Sequence record: DRR723986_6891 | Direction: 5' to 3' (one strand) | DNA: 43,238 nt | In this document: positions 1 through 11,231 of the stretch, one piece after another | How positions within the stretch are numbered: the first letter of the stretch is position 1 | Layout of the letters: each line of letters starts with the position of its first letter | The notes under the pieces: generated by a model | The model's input: the letters and a program-made list of their open reading frames with translations, nothing else | The model's database searches: none | What the model was told of the DNA's origin: nothing | Translations under genes and position numbers: made by a program

Positions 1-363
1 CGCTTTGCGCAGACCCACTTTCTTACGCTCCACGGCCCGGGCGTCACGGGTGACGTAGCCGGCACTACGAAGGCTCCCGCGCAGGGACTCGTCGTACTCG
101 AGCAGGGCCCGGGTAATGCCGTGACGAATGGCACCGGCCTGGCCGAAGCTGCCGCCGCCTTCCACGGTAACGTTGATATCGAACTTCTCGGAGAGGTCGA
201 CGAGTTCCAGCGGCTGACGCACGATCATGCGGGCCACTTCACGGCCGAAGTACTGGTCCAGCGGACGCTTGTTCACCGTGATGCTGCCACCGCCATTGCG
301 CAGGAATACGCGGGCTGTGGAGGTCTTGCGGCGACCGGTTCCGTAATATTGGGTAGCTGACAT
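1..363 (-). CDS. rpsI: 30S ribosomal protein S9 (3' end runs off the window)
   Basis: Not in the ORF track. Manual translation from ATG at 363 gives [21 protein letters not shown]...; the read-out also contains the [19 protein letters not shown] and [19 protein letters not shown]9 motifs. It directly follows rplM. Confidence 0.97.
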   Translation of the reverse strand, partial: MSATQYYGTGRRKTSTARVFLRNGGGSITVNKRPLDQYFGREVARMIVRQPLELVDLSEKFDINVTVEGGGSFGQAGAIRHGITRALLEYDESLRGSLRSAGYVTRDARAVERKKVGLRKA

Positions 364-375
364 AGAAGAGATCCG

Positions 376-804
376 TTAGATATTCAATGCTTGGGGCTGC
401 TGCGCTGCATGCGGGTGTTCGGTACCGGCATACACCTTCAGCTTCTTGAACATGGCGCGGCCCAGTGGGTTGCGCGGCAGCATGCCCTTGACCGCACCCT
501 GGATTACCCGCTCAGGCGCCTTGTCGATCAGCTTTTCGAAAGAGATCGATTTCAGGCCACCCGGGTACCCGGTGTGGGAGTGGTACATCTTGTCCGTTGC
601 CTTGGCGCCGGTAACGCGCACCTTCTCGGCATTGATGACGACGATGTAGTCACCAGTGTCTACGTGCGGGGTGTATTCCGCCTTGTGCTTGCCGCGCAGA
701 CGGAGGGCAATCTCGCTGGCCAGGCGCCCGAGGGTCTTGTCAGCAGCGTCCACCACGAACCAGTCGCGGCTGACTTCTTCTGCTTTGGCACTAAAAGTTT
801 TCAT
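376..804 (-). CDS. rplM: 50S ribosomal protein L13
   Basis: MKTFSAK...WFVVDA...LGRLAS...[17 protein letters not shown]...[10 protein letters not shown]; 142 aa from ATG 804, with SD GAGG upstream. Confidence 0.98.
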   Translation of the reverse strand: MKTFSAKAEEVSRDWFVVDAADKTLGRLASEIALRLRGKHKAEYTPHVDTGDYIVVINAEKVRVTGAKATDKMYHSHTGYPGGLKSISFEKLIDKAPERVIQGAVKGMLPRNPLGRAMFKKLKVYAGTEHPHAAQQPQALNI

Positions 805-845
805 GAATAACCGCCTCTTGGAGGGCTCCAATTTCAAGAGCGCGA

Positions 846-874
846 ATACTACTTAATGCACCACCCCTTTTCAA
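846..874 (-). promoter_or_regulatory. sigma-70 promoter of rplM-rpsI with GC-rich discriminator
   Basis: The minus strand reads TTGAAA-17 bp-TAGTAT-tcgcgc, typical of stringently controlled r-protein promoters. Confidence 0.75.
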
Positions 875-1053
875 GCCAAAAATCCAATTAAAAATCGCCA
901 CTTAGCCGAGCCTCCAGCAGCTTCCCCGGAACGCCCGGACAACGCGGCCTCCGGGGCTGCTCGAAACCGCGCAAACCCTTGTGGCGCCTGGCCTGCGGGG
1001 CTTTCTGGCCGGGCCCGGGGCAGCCACTCCGAAATAGGGTTCCATATGAATAC

Positions 1054-2160
1054 TCACGGACGATGCTCCCGCGCGAGGTACTCGTGGGATTGCATCTCCT
1101 GCAGGCGGGAGACCGTGCGCTGGAACTCGAACTCCAGTCGCCCGCCAGCGTACAGCTCCAGCAGCGGCTTTTCCGCAGTGATCACCAGCTTTACATTGCG
1201 ATCATAAAACTCGTCGACCAGGTTGATGAAGCGCCGGGCCTGGTCATCCTTGTCCACCCCCATGGCTGGCACCCCGGACAGCAGGATCGCATGGAACAGC
1301 CTCGCCAGCTCGATATAGTCATTCTGTGAGCGGGGCCCGTCACACAGCTCGGCGAAATCGAACCAGCCCACATCGTCGGCGAGGCAACGGCAGGTCAGGT
1401 AGCGGCCATTGATCTCGATTCGCTCCCAGTGCTTTCCCGGTTGTGGGGCCAGCTGCTCGAATGAGCGACCCAGGCTCTCGTCGGCTGCCGCATCCAGCGG
1501 GTAATGGTAGAGTTCCGCCTGCTCCAGTGTGCGCAGCCGGTAGTCCACCCCGGCATCCACGTTGATCACCTGGGTGTACTTCTCGATCAGGCCAATAGCC
1601 GGCAGGAAGCGCTGGCGCTGCAGCCCGTTGTCGTACAGCTTCGATGGCACGATATTGGAGGTGGCAACCAGGGTAACGCCGCGCTGGAACAGCGCCTCCA
1701 TCAACCCCCCCAGGATCATGGCGTCGGCGATATCGGTGACGAAGAATTCATCGAAGCAGATGATCCTGGCTTCTGCTGCCAGCCGGTCCGCGACGATCAA
1801 CAGCGGGTTTTTCTGCCCGTCCAGTTCCTTTAAATCCCGGTGCACCCGCTGCATGAAGCGGTGGAAATGGACCCGCATCTTGTCGGCGAAGGGCAGGCTT
1901 TCGTGGAAGGTGTCCACCAGGTAGGTCTTGCCGCGCCCCACCCCACCCCACAGGTACAGGCCTACCTCGGGCTCCAGCGGCGTGCCGCGCAGCTTGCGCC
2001 ACAGGCCGCCGAGCGAGCGCGATTCATAGCGCCGGCTGAGCAGGCGCTCATAGAGATCCTGGAGCAGGCGCACAGCCGCCTCCTGGGCGGGGTCATGGGA
2101 AAACCCGTCCCGCTTAAGGTCGGCCTGGTATCGCTGCCATGGCGACGGGGCGGCGCTCAC
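1054..2160 (-). CDS. zapE: Cell division ATPase ZapE (AFG1 family)
   Basis: Walker A GGVGRGKT, HFHRFM, ICFDEFFV and RRFINLVDEFYD; GTG start with SD AGGAG; conserved position beside rplM. Confidence 0.93.
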   Translation of the reverse strand: MSAAPSPWQRYQADLKRDGFSHDPAQEAAVRLLQDLYERLLSRRYESRSLGGLWRKLRGTPLEPEVGLYLWGGVGRGKTYLVDTFHESLPFADKMRVHFHRFMQRVHRDLKELDGQKNPLLIVADRLAAEARIICFDEFFVTDIADAMILGGLMEALFQRGVTLVATSNIVPSKLYDNGLQRQRFLPAIGLIEKYTQVINVDAGVDYRLRTLEQAELYHYPLDAAADESLGRSFEQLAPQPGKHWERIEINGRYLTCRCLADDVGWFDFAELCDGPRSQNDYIELARLFHAILLSGVPAMGVDKDDQARRFINLVDEFYDRNVKLVITAEKPLLELYAGGRLEFEFQRTVSRLQEMQSHEYLAREHRP

Positions 2161-2313
2161 GAAAGCAGATTTCTCCTGCTGGGTTGCATCGGGAAAGAGC
2201 GCGACACTTTAGCGGCCGCTCCCGGGCTTGGCAACGCTGACGCGCTGACGCGCGCGCTGGTTTGGCGCTATACTGCTCTGCCATTTGTCACCGACAGTTT
2301 CGAGGACTTGCCC

Positions 2314-2793
2314 GTGTACAGCCTGACTATCCTGATCGCCACCGCCATCGCCACCCTGGTACTCGGGCTTGCGGGAGGCTGGTTGCTCGGCTCCCGCTCC
2401 ACTGGCGACAGCCGCCGTTCGCGGGAGCTGGAACGCAAGCTGGACCAGGTCATGCAGGACCGGAAAGCCTATGAGGACGAAGTCAGCGAACATTTCGCCG
2501 ACACCGCCAAACTGCTCAACAATATGACCGAGAGCTACCGGGAAGTACACAGTCACCTGGCCTCGGGCGCCGCGCGGCTGTGCCCGGACCAGGGCCCGAT
2601 TGCGATGAACCGACTGGAGAGCTCGGCGGATCCGACAGAGATACCGCCGCAACTGGCGGATGTGAAACAACCGCTGGACTATGCGCCCAAGACCTCACCC
2701 GACGAAAAAGGCATGCTCAGCGAAGCATTTGGCCTGGAACGTGCCGCCTCTGCTGAGGCGGCCGCGACCCCGGAACCCACTCCCCGCCACTGA
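2314..2793 (+). CDS. zapG: ZapG/YhcB (DUF1043) membrane-anchored coiled-coil protein
   Basis: GTG 2314 after SD GAGGA; N-terminal TM helix, then EVSEHFADTAKLLNNMTESYREVHSHLASGA and PLDYAPK; divergent from zapE as in other gammaproteobacteria. Confidence 0.85.
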   Translation: MYSLTILIATAIATLVLGLAGGWLLGSRSTGDSRRSRELERKLDQVMQDRKAYEDEVSEHFADTAKLLNNMTESYREVHSHLASGAARLCPDQGPIAMNRLESSADPTEIPPQLADVKQPLDYAPKTSPDEKGMLSEAFGLERAASAEAAATPEPTPRH

Positions 2794-2796
2794 GCC

Positions 2797-3558
2797 TCAC
2801 ACCGGGTTGTCGATATCGATGAACCGGTGCTCGACGGGAAAACGGGCCGCCAGGAATTCCCCCACCGCCTGCACACCATAACGCTCGGTGGCATGGTGTC
2901 CGGCGGCGATGAAGTGGATACCCTCTTCCCGCGCCACGTGCACCGTTTGCTCCGAAGCCTCGCCGGTAATGAAAACATCCGCCCCCGCCGCCACCGCGGC
3001 ATCGATATACCCCTGGGCAGCCCCGGTACACCAGGCGACCCGCTGCACCTGACCAGCCGGTTCACCGATGTGCAAGGGAGCCCGCCCGGTAATCTGCGCC
3101 AGCTGCTGCACCAGCGCCGCCGCTGACACCGGGTCGGGCAGGCTGCCGATACTGCCGACACTGTCGGCTTGATCCGGTTGCAGGGCCTGCGGATCGACAA
3201 TACCCATCAGCTGGCCGAGGCGCGCGTTGTTGCCCAGTTCGGGGTGGGCATCCAGCGGCAGGTGGTAGGCCAGCAGGCTGATGTCATGTCCGAGCAGGGT
3301 CGCCAGGCGCCGGCGTTTCATCCCGGTAACCGTGGGATCTTCGCCGCGCCAGAAATAGCCGTGATGCACCAGGATGGCATCAGCACCCCACTCGACCGCC
3401 GCGTCCAACAGCGCCTGGCTGGCGGTAACCCCGGTCGCCAGGCGCGCGACCTGATCCCGACCCTGGACCTGCAGGCCGTTGGGGCAGTAATCGCTGAAGC
3501 GCCCGGGCTGCAGCTGCTGCTCGAGACAGTTAAGCAATTCAGTGAGGCTTACGGCCAT
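2797..3558 (-). CDS. Nif3-like dinuclear metal-centre protein (YbgI family)
   Basis: DYCPNGLQV, LVHHGYFW, AYHLPLDAH and AAGHHATERYG motifs; start placed at ATG 3558. Confidence 0.93.
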   Translation of the reverse strand: MAVSLTELLNCLEQQLQPGRFSDYCPNGLQVQGRDQVARLATGVTASQALLDAAVEWGADAILVHHGYFWRGEDPTVTGMKRRRLATLLGHDISLLAYHLPLDAHPELGNNARLGQLMGIVDPQALQPDQADSVGSIGSLPDPVSAAALVQQLAQITGRAPLHIGEPAGQVQRVAWCTGAAQGYIDAAVAAGADVFITGEASEQTVHVAREEGIHFIAAGHHATERYGVQAVGEFLAARFPVEHRFIDIDNPV

Positions 3559-3656
3559 GCGGGGAAGTCCTTCTGCAACTGGGGTCCGGCGGCACCGGAC
3601 TGGCGCCTCCGCAACCATCATATACAATGCCTGACCAAACTTGCCACGGGACCGTC

Positions 3657-4787
3657 ATGCGCGACGCCCTCAAATTCATTACCTGGCCCGCCGTGGCCGG
3701 CCTGCTGGCCGCGCTGCTGATACTCGACCGCTGGGTGCTGCCCGTCGGAGGCCCCAACGGCCAGGAGCAAGCCCCCGCCAGCTATCATCGCGCGGTGCGT
3801 GCGGCCGCTCCGTCGGTAGTTAACATCTATACGGCCAAACTGGTTACCGAACGTCCCAACCCGCTGCTGGAAGAACTGCAGCGCCGACGGCTGGTGCCGC
3901 CCAGCAGCCCGCGCCAGCGTCTGTCCCGCTCACTCGGCTCTGGCGTGATCATGACCGACCAGGGACACATCCTCACCAGCAACCACGTTATCGCCGACGC
4001 GGAACTGATCCAGGTGCTGCTCAATGACGGGCGCACCACCGGCGCCCGGGTGGTGGGCTTCGACACGGCCAGCGACCTGGCGGTACTGAAGATCGACCTG
4101 CCCGACCTCCAACCCATCCCCCGTGGTGATGCCGATCGCCTGCGGGTAGGCGACGTGGTCCTGGCCATCGGCAACCCGCTGGGAGTGGGCCAGTCTGTCA
4201 CCCAGGGCATCGTCTCGGCGCTGGGCCGGTTTTTCAGCGAGCCGAACGTATTCGAAGACTTCATCCAGACCGACGCGATTATTCACCCGGGCAATTCCGG
4301 CGGCGCCCTGGTCGACACCCGCGGGCGGTTGCTGGGCATCAACAGCGTGACCTACTCCTCGAACAATCCGGCGAGCACCAGCAGTGGTATCGGCATCGGC
4401 CTTGCGATACCGGTCAACCTGGCAACCTTCGTGATGGAGGACCTGATCAAGTACGGTGAGGTCATTCGCGGCTGGCTCGGGGTCAGCGTGGAGCCGGCCG
4501 GCACCGCGGTGGCGGAGTCGTCCCGCATGCAGGCCCTGCTGGTGAACGCAGTCGCCGGGGGCAGCCCGGCCCAGAGGGCGGGTATCCAGCTCGGTGATGT
4601 GATCACCCACATCGACGATGAGCCGGTGCTTGACGGGCGCCTGACCATGATGCAGATAGCCATGCTCAAACCCGGCGACAGGATCACGGTCACGGTCCGG
4701 CGCGGTCAGCAGACCCTCGATCTGGAAGCGGTGATCGGAACCATGAACGCCTCGCCCGGGCTGTCGGCGGCAGACCAGAACAGCTGA
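3657..4787 (+). CDS. degS: HtrA-family serine protease with one PDZ domain (DegS/AlgW-like)
   Basis: N-terminal TM anchor, catalytic triad (TSNHV, SDLAVLK, GNSGGAL) and a single C-terminal PDZ (RGWLGV); syntenic with Pseudomonas algW. Confidence 0.85.
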   Translation: MRDALKFITWPAVAGLLAALLILDRWVLPVGGPNGQEQAPASYHRAVRAAAPSVVNIYTAKLVTERPNPLLEELQRRRLVPPSSPRQRLSRSLGSGVIMTDQGHILTSNHVIADAELIQVLLNDGRTTGARVVGFDTASDLAVLKIDLPDLQPIPRGDADRLRVGDVVLAIGNPLGVGQSVTQGIVSALGRFFSEPNVFEDFIQTDAIIHPGNSGGALVDTRGRLLGINSVTYSSNNPASTSSGIGIGLAIPVNLATFVMEDLIKYGEVIRGWLGVSVEPAGTAVAESSRMQALLVNAVAGGSPAQRAGIQLGDVITHIDDEPVLDGRLTMMQIAMLKPGDRITVTVRRGQQTLDLEAVIGTMNASPGLSAADQNS

Positions 4788-4802
4788 CGCCAGCGCCCGG
4801 CT

Positions 4803-6107
4803 TCAGCTGTCGCCGGATTCCTCGAGACGCAGCTCCGCGCTGCGCGCATGGGCGGTGAGTGATTCACCCCGCGCCAGCACCGAAGCCACCCGGCCCAGCT
4901 CCCGCACCCCTTCCGGGCTGCACATGATGAGCGAACTGCGTTTCTGGAAGTCATAGACGCCAAGGGGTGAGGAGAAGCGTGCAGTTCCGGAGGTGGGCAG
5001 CACGTGATTGGGGCCGGCACAGTAGTCGCCCAGGGCCTCGGAGGTGTACCGTCCCAGAAAGATCGCACCGGCCGCGGTAATCGACGGCAACAACGCCTGG
5101 GGATCCTCGACTGACAGCTCCAGGTGTTCCGGCGCCAGCCGGTTACTGATAGCGACGGCCTCAGCCAGGTCACGGGTCTGGATAAGGGCCCCGCGGCCGG
5201 TCAGCGAGTCGCGGATAATGTCCGCCCGCTCCATCCCCGGCAACAGGCGTTCAATCGCCTCTTCTACTGCCGCAATAAAGGCCGCATCCGGGCAGAGCAG
5301 GATTGCCTGCGCGCTTTCATCGTGTTCCGCCTGGGAAAACAGGTCCATGGCCACCCAGTCCGGCGACGTGTGGCCGTCGCTGATGACCAGGATCTCCGAC
5401 GGCCCGGCAACCATATCGATACCCACCTGGCCGAACACCTGCCGCTTGGCTTCCGCCACATAGCGATTGCCAGGGCCGACAATCTTGTCCACCGCCGGCA
5501 CGGTGTCGGTGCCATAGGCCAGGGCCGCTACCGCCTGGGCGCCGCCCAAGGTAAAGACCCGGTCGACGCCGGCCAGACGCGCCGCCGCCAGCACCATATC
5601 GCTGACCTCCCCGTCAGGGGCCGGCACGGTCATAATGATCTCCGCGACCCCGGCAACTCGTGCCGGGAGGGCGTTCATCAGCACCGAGGAAGGATAGCTG
5701 GCCTTGCCGCCGGGCACGTAGATACCGGCCCGGGCCAGCGGGGTAATCTTCTGCCCGAGCAGGTTACCCGCCGCGTCGTGGTACTGCCAGCTCTGCTGAA
5801 CCTGATGGGCGTGGTAGTCGGCAATGCGCTCGGCTGCGGTTTCCAGGGCCTCGCGCTGCGCCCTGTCGATCGCGGCCAGACCCGCCTCCATGCGCGCCGG
5901 CGAGATCTCCAGCTCCGCCACTGAGCCGGCCTCCAGCCGATCAAAGCGCCGGGTGTACTCCAGCAGTGCGGCATCGCCGCGCTGGCGAACCGCGTCCAGA
6001 ATCTCCGCCACCGTGTCTGCAACAGAGGCTTCCCGGGACTCGTTCCAGGCGGTCAGCTGTGCCAGGGACTGGTCAAAATCGGGGGCGCTGGTATCAAGCC
6101 GTCGCAT
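4803..6107 (-). CDS. hisD: Histidinol dehydrogenase
   Basis: [38 protein letters not shown] and [10 protein letters not shown]. Confidence 0.97.
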   Translation of the reverse strand: MRRLDTSAPDFDQSLAQLTAWNESREASVADTVAEILDAVRQRGDAALLEYTRRFDRLEAGSVAELEISPARMEAGLAAIDRAQREALETAAERIADYHAHQVQQSWQYHDAAGNLLGQKITPLARAGIYVPGGKASYPSSVLMNALPARVAGVAEIIMTVPAPDGEVSDMVLAAARLAGVDRVFTLGGAQAVAALAYGTDTVPAVDKIVGPGNRYVAEAKRQVFGQVGIDMVAGPSEILVISDGHTSPDWVAMDLFSQAEHDESAQAILLCPDAAFIAAVEEAIERLLPGMERADIIRDSLTGRGALIQTRDLAEAVAISNRLAPEHLELSVEDPQALLPSITAAGAIFLGRYTSEALGDYCAGPNHVLPTSGTARFSSPLGVYDFQKRSSLIMCSPEGVRELGRVASVLARGESLTAHARSAELRLEESGDS

Positions 6108-6756
6108 CGGCCGCCGCCTCCTGCGCCGCAGCGACAGCCGCGGTCAGCTGGTCTACCAGCCGACCCAGGGGCTCACAGCTGGCGCGCATGGCCGCCTTGT
6201 TGACCACCAGCCGCGAGCTGATCGAGGCGATCTCGTCCAGTGGTTCCATCCCGTTGGCGCGCAAGGTGTTGCCGGTATCGACGATGTCCACGATCAGGTC
6301 TGCCAGATCCATGATCGGTGCCAGCTCCATGGCGCCGTACAGCTTGATCAGGTCAACCTGCTGGCCGCGGGCGGCAAAATAGCGCCGGGTGATATTAATA
6401 AACTTGGTCGCTACCCGCGGCCGCGCAGCCCCGGGCTGCAAGCCCACAGGTGCCGCCGTCATCAGGCGACAGCGGGCAATACCCAGGTCCAGGGGTTCAT
6501 ACAGACCGTCAGCGCCCTGTTCGAGCAGGATGTCCTTGCCGACCACGCCGAGGTCCGCCGCGCCATGGCACACGTAGGTGGGCACATCGCTGCCGCGCAG
6601 CACCACCAGGCGCAGGTCGGGATGGCTGGTCTCGAATACCAGCTTGCGCGAGGTGCTGATGTCCTCAAGTGGCTCGATTCCGGCCCGCGCCAGGAGCGGG
6701 AGGGTTTCCTTGAGGATCCGGCCCTTGGTCAGGGCCATGGTCAACGGTCGACTCAT
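6094..6756 (-). CDS. hisG: ATP phosphoribosyltransferase, short form
   Basis: [20 protein letters not shown] and GAMELAP...[15 protein letters not shown]; 220 aa with no C-terminal regulatory domain. Confidence 0.95.
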   Translation of the reverse strand: MSRPLTMALTKGRILKETLPLLARAGIEPLEDISTSRKLVFETSHPDLRLVVLRGSDVPTYVCHGAADLGVVGKDILLEQGADGLYEPLDLGIARCRLMTAAPVGLQPGAARPRVATKFINITRRYFAARGQQVDLIKLYGAMELAPIMDLADLIVDIVDTGNTLRANGMEPLDEIASISSRLVVNKAAMRASCEPLGRLVDQLTAAVAAAQEAAADATA

Positions 6757-6766
6757 GACAATACGC

Positions 6767-8050
<1,284 letters not shown>

Positions 8051-8296
8051 TTACGCGCCGCCCATTTCCTGCCATTGGGATGGCGTGTAGGTCCGGATGT
8101 TCACCGCGTGGATACTGCCGTCGGCAATTTGCTCACCCAGGGCCGCATACACCAGCTGCTGCCTGGCGACCGGCCGCTTGCCCTCGAAGACTTCGCCGAT
8201 CACGGTGATGTTGTAATGACTGCCCTCGCCACTTACGGCGATCTCACAATCCGGCAAATGTTCACGCAACAGCACCTCAACGCGGGCCGCATCCAT
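8051..8296 (-). CDS. ibaG: BolA/IbaG family protein
   Basis: GSHYNITVIGEVFEGKRPVARQQLVYAAL...IHAVNIRTYTP; located upstream of murA. Confidence 0.9.
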   Translation of the reverse strand: MDAARVEVLLREHLPDCEIAVSGEGSHYNITVIGEVFEGKRPVARQQLVYAALGEQIADGSIHAVNIRTYTPSQWQEMGGA

Positions 8297-8419
8297 GGGG
8301 TTTCCTCAAGTAGCAAAGTGAGCAATGCCCCCACCCGCCGGGCAGGGGTCAGCGCAAGACGCGCATTTTAGGAGAATTCAGCGGCGATAGCGAGGCCGGG
8401 CAAAGCGCGCGGGAGCGCT

Positions 8420-9085
8420 TCAGGTCTCGAGTTCCTCGGTGGTCCAGTTGGCGATCACCTGGTCCAGGTCACCGTTATAGCGCCGGGCGGCAGACTCGAA
8501 CTGGTTGCGGTAGATCTCCCCGAGATTGACGCTCTCGATGATCATATTGCGCAACTTCCAGGTGCCCTCCCGGTCCCGACCCATCTGGTACATCACCACA
8601 TAAGGTTCGATGGCCTCACTGTAGATCAGCTGCTTGACTGTCGCCCGGGTCGAGTCGGCCTGCTCCGCAGCCTCGTTGCTCAGCTCGATGCGGGAACCCC
8701 CGAAGGCAAGCAGACCCTTGCTGTAGGTACGCACCAGGCCTTCACGCATCACCTCCGTGAACCGCTCCAGTTGCCCACGCAGTTGCTCTCGACCAGCCTC
8801 GTCGAGCGAGCGGTAGCGCTCGCTGCTGGCATAAGGGCCCATCACCCCACGGGCAAAGCCGCGAAAATCGACCACCGGGTCGAGCACCGCCATGACCTGC
8901 TGGTAATAGCGCTCCGGCTCCTGGTCTGCGTAGTCCTGAGCCTCACGAACCACGGCCATAACGTCCTCGGTGGCCGCCTGCACCACCGAGTGGGCGCTGA
9001 CCGCCTCCTCGGCCCGGGTTTGTAGAGAAAAGATAAGGCTCAACAGCCCGATCAGGGCGATAACTGAGTCAGCTCGAAATCCCAT
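8420..9085 (-). CDS. mlaC: MlaC/Ttg2D phospholipid-shuttle periplasmic protein
   Basis: Signal peptide, VDFRGFARGVMG, LVRTYSKGL and WKLRNMIIESVNLGEIYRNQF; sits at the mla position upstream of ibaG-murA. Confidence 0.88.
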   Translation of the reverse strand: MGFRADSVIALIGLLSLIFSLQTRAEEAVSAHSVVQAATEDVMAVVREAQDYADQEPERYYQQVMAVLDPVVDFRGFARGVMGPYASSERYRSLDEAGREQLRGQLERFTEVMREGLVRTYSKGLLAFGGSRIELSNEAAEQADSTRATVKQLIYSEAIEPYVVMYQMGRDREGTWKLRNMIIESVNLGEIYRNQFESAARRYNGDLDQVIANWTTEELET

Positions 9086-9141
9086 GGTTGCTATGCCTGT
9101 GCAAATAGTGTTTTTTTACTTCTAACCCGCGCGGCGCGCTG

Positions 9142-9147
9142 TATAAT
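9142..9147 (+). promoter_or_regulatory. Candidate -10 element of the yrbG-kdsD-lpt operon promoter
   Basis: Perfect TATAAT followed by GC-rich ccgccc, with a T-tract upstream at 9111-9117; the -35 is poor. Confidence 0.45.
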
Positions 9148-9264
9148 CCGCCCTTCCCGGCAGCCCGGCGCATGCGCTTCCTGCCTCATAAGACAACCGC
9201 AAGGCGGATACAGTTCACTGGCCGCAAGTCGCGTGGCGCGTACTGTAACAGGAATTAAGCCACT

Positions 9265-10239
9265 ATGCTGATAGCTGCCGCAACCATCCTGGTCGGCTTT
9301 ATCATCCTCATCTGGAGCGCCGATCTGTTCGTCGCCGGGGCAGCATCTATTGCCGAAAACATGGGCCTGTCGCCCGTCATCATCGGCCTGACCATCGTTT
9401 CCCTGGGTACCTCAGCGCCCGAGATTCTGGTTTCCCTGACTGCCGCCCTGTCCGGGGCTGGCGAATTGGCCATTGGCAACGCCATTGGCTCGAATATTGC
9501 CAATATCGGCCTGGTACTCGGGGTGACGGTCCTGGTTGCGCCGCTGCTGGTCCACCCCAGCTGTATGCGGGTGGAAATACCAACCCTGCTGGTCGTCACC
9601 TTTGGCGCCGGCGTCCTGCTGCTCGATGGCCGGCTCACCCCGTTTGACGGCACCCTGATGCTCGCCGCGCTGGCCTTCATCCTGATTCACATGATTCGCA
9701 GCCAGACCAAGGATGAGACCCTGCTGGAAGAAGCGGGCGAAGAGCCCATGCGAAGCCTGCAGCCGCTGCGCGCCTGGCTGACCTTCCTGTTCGGCCTGGG
9801 CCTGCTGATCGCCAGCTCCCGCCTGCTGGTCTGGGGCGCCACGGAAGTCGCCGAGCAACTGGGCGTCTCCCAGCTGATCATCGGCCTGACTATCGTCGCC
9901 GTGGGTACCAGTCTGCCGGAACTTGCCGCTACCATTGCCAGCGCACTGCGCGGTCACACCGAAATCGCTGTCGGCAACGTTATCGGCTCCAACCTGTTTA
10001 ACCTGCTCGCGGTGATGGCCATCCCGGGACTGTTTAAAAGCATGACCCTCACCCCCATGGTGCTACAGCGGGATTACGCAGCCATGACCCTCGCCACCCT
10101 GATGCTCGCCGCGGCCATCTACATCGGGCGCACCCGCAAGGCGGCCCCGGTCGGTCATTCCTACGTTGGACGGTCAATGGGAGTGTTGTTAGTGTCCTTT
10201 TACGGCCTGTATTATTACTGGCTCTACCTGACCATCTAG
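9265..10239 (+). CDS. yrbG: Ca2+/Na+ antiporter (CaCA family, YrbG)
   Basis: Two alpha repeats, GTSAPE...GNAIGSNIANI and GTSLPE...GNVIGSNLFN; about 10 TM helices; precedes kdsD. Confidence 0.92.
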   Translation: MLIAAATILVGFIILIWSADLFVAGAASIAENMGLSPVIIGLTIVSLGTSAPEILVSLTAALSGAGELAIGNAIGSNIANIGLVLGVTVLVAPLLVHPSCMRVEIPTLLVVTFGAGVLLLDGRLTPFDGTLMLAALAFILIHMIRSQTKDETLLEEAGEEPMRSLQPLRAWLTFLFGLGLLIASSRLLVWGATEVAEQLGVSQLIIGLTIVAVGTSLPELAATIASALRGHTEIAVGNVIGSNLFNLLAVMAIPGLFKSMTLTPMVLQRDYAAMTLATLMLAAAIYIGRTRKAAPVGHSYVGRSMGVLLVSFYGLYYYWLYLTI

Positions 10240-10250
10240 GCCCCCGCCAC

Positions 10251-11231
10251 ATGCCCGCCGAACACGCCGTTCGTTTTGCCGATTCCGCCCGGCGCACCAT
10301 CCGCCTGGAGACCGAGGCCGTGGTTGCGCTGGAGCAACGCATCGGCCGCGACTTCGAGCGCGCCTGTGACCTGCTGCTGGCCACCGAGGGACGGGTGATC
10401 GTCACCGGCATGGGCAAGTCCGGACACATCGCCGGCAAGGTTGCCGCCACCCTGGCGAGCACCGGCACGCCAGCCTTCTTCGTCCACCCGGGCGAAGCCT
10501 CACACGGCGACATGGGTATGATCACCGGCATCGATTCGGTACTGGCCATGTCCAATAGCGGCAGCACCCCGGAGCTGCTCACCCTGCTCCCGCTGCTGAA
10601 ACGCCAGGGCAATGTGCTGGTCAGTATGACCGGCAACCCGCAGTCACCGCTGGCCACCGCCTCCGATGCCCACCTGGACATTTCGGTAGCGACCGAAGCC
10701 TGCCCGCTGGACCTGGCGCCGACCTCGAGCACCACCGCCACCCTGGTGATGGGTGACGCCCTGGCGATAGCGCTGCTGGAAGCGCGCGGTTTTACCGCCG
10801 AGGACTTCGCCTTTTCCCACCCCGGCGGCGCGCTCGGGCGCAAGCTATTGCTCATGGTGGAAGACGTCATGCACACCGGCACCGCCGTGCCGCGGGTCAG
10901 TGCTGATACCAGCCTGGCATCAGCGCTGCTGGAGGTCACCAACAAGGGTCTCGGCATGACCACCGTGACCGACGATGCCGGCCAGCTGCTTGGTATCTTC
11001 ACCGACGGCGACTTGCGCCGCGCCCTCGATGCCCGGATCAATATCAATGACACGCCGATCGGCGAACTCATGTCCCGCGGTGGAAAAACCGCGAGCGCCG
11101 GGATGCTGGCGGCCGAGGGGCTGCGCATCATGGAAGAGAACAAGATCACCTCGCTGGTGGTAGTCGACGAAGCCCGCCAGGTCATCGGCGTACTGCACCT
11201 GATGAGCCTGCTGCAGGCAGGCATCGCGTGA
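10251..11231 (+). CDS. kdsD: Arabinose-5-phosphate isomerase (SIS + CBS pair)
   Basis: VTGMGKSGHI, HPGEASHGDMG, LAPTSST, HPGGALG and GIFTDGDLRR. Confidence 0.96.
   Translation: MPAEHAVRFADSARRTIRLETEAVVALEQRIGRDFERACDLLLATEGRVIVTGMGKSGHIAGKVAATLASTGTPAFFVHPGEASHGDMGMITGIDSVLAMSNSGSTPELLTLLPLLKRQGNVLVSMTGNPQSPLATASDAHLDISVATEACPLDLAPTSSTTATLVMGDALAIALLEARGFTAEDFAFSHPGGALGRKLLLMVEDVMHTGTAVPRVSADTSLASALLEVTNKGLGMTTVTDDAGQLLGIFTDGDLRRALDARININDTPIGELMSRGGKTASAGMLAAEGLRIMEENKITSLVVVDEARQVIGVLHLMSLLQAGIA

Noticed and set aside
916..1013. Imperfect GC-rich inverted repeats between zapE and the rplM promoter
   Set aside because: Large loops, no U-tract, and no second copy in the window, so REP/MITE or terminator status cannot be supported.
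2235..2250. CGCTGACG tandem duplication in the zapE/zapG spacer
   Set aside because: Only two 8-bp GC-rich copies overlapping a likely -35 region; compatible with chance.
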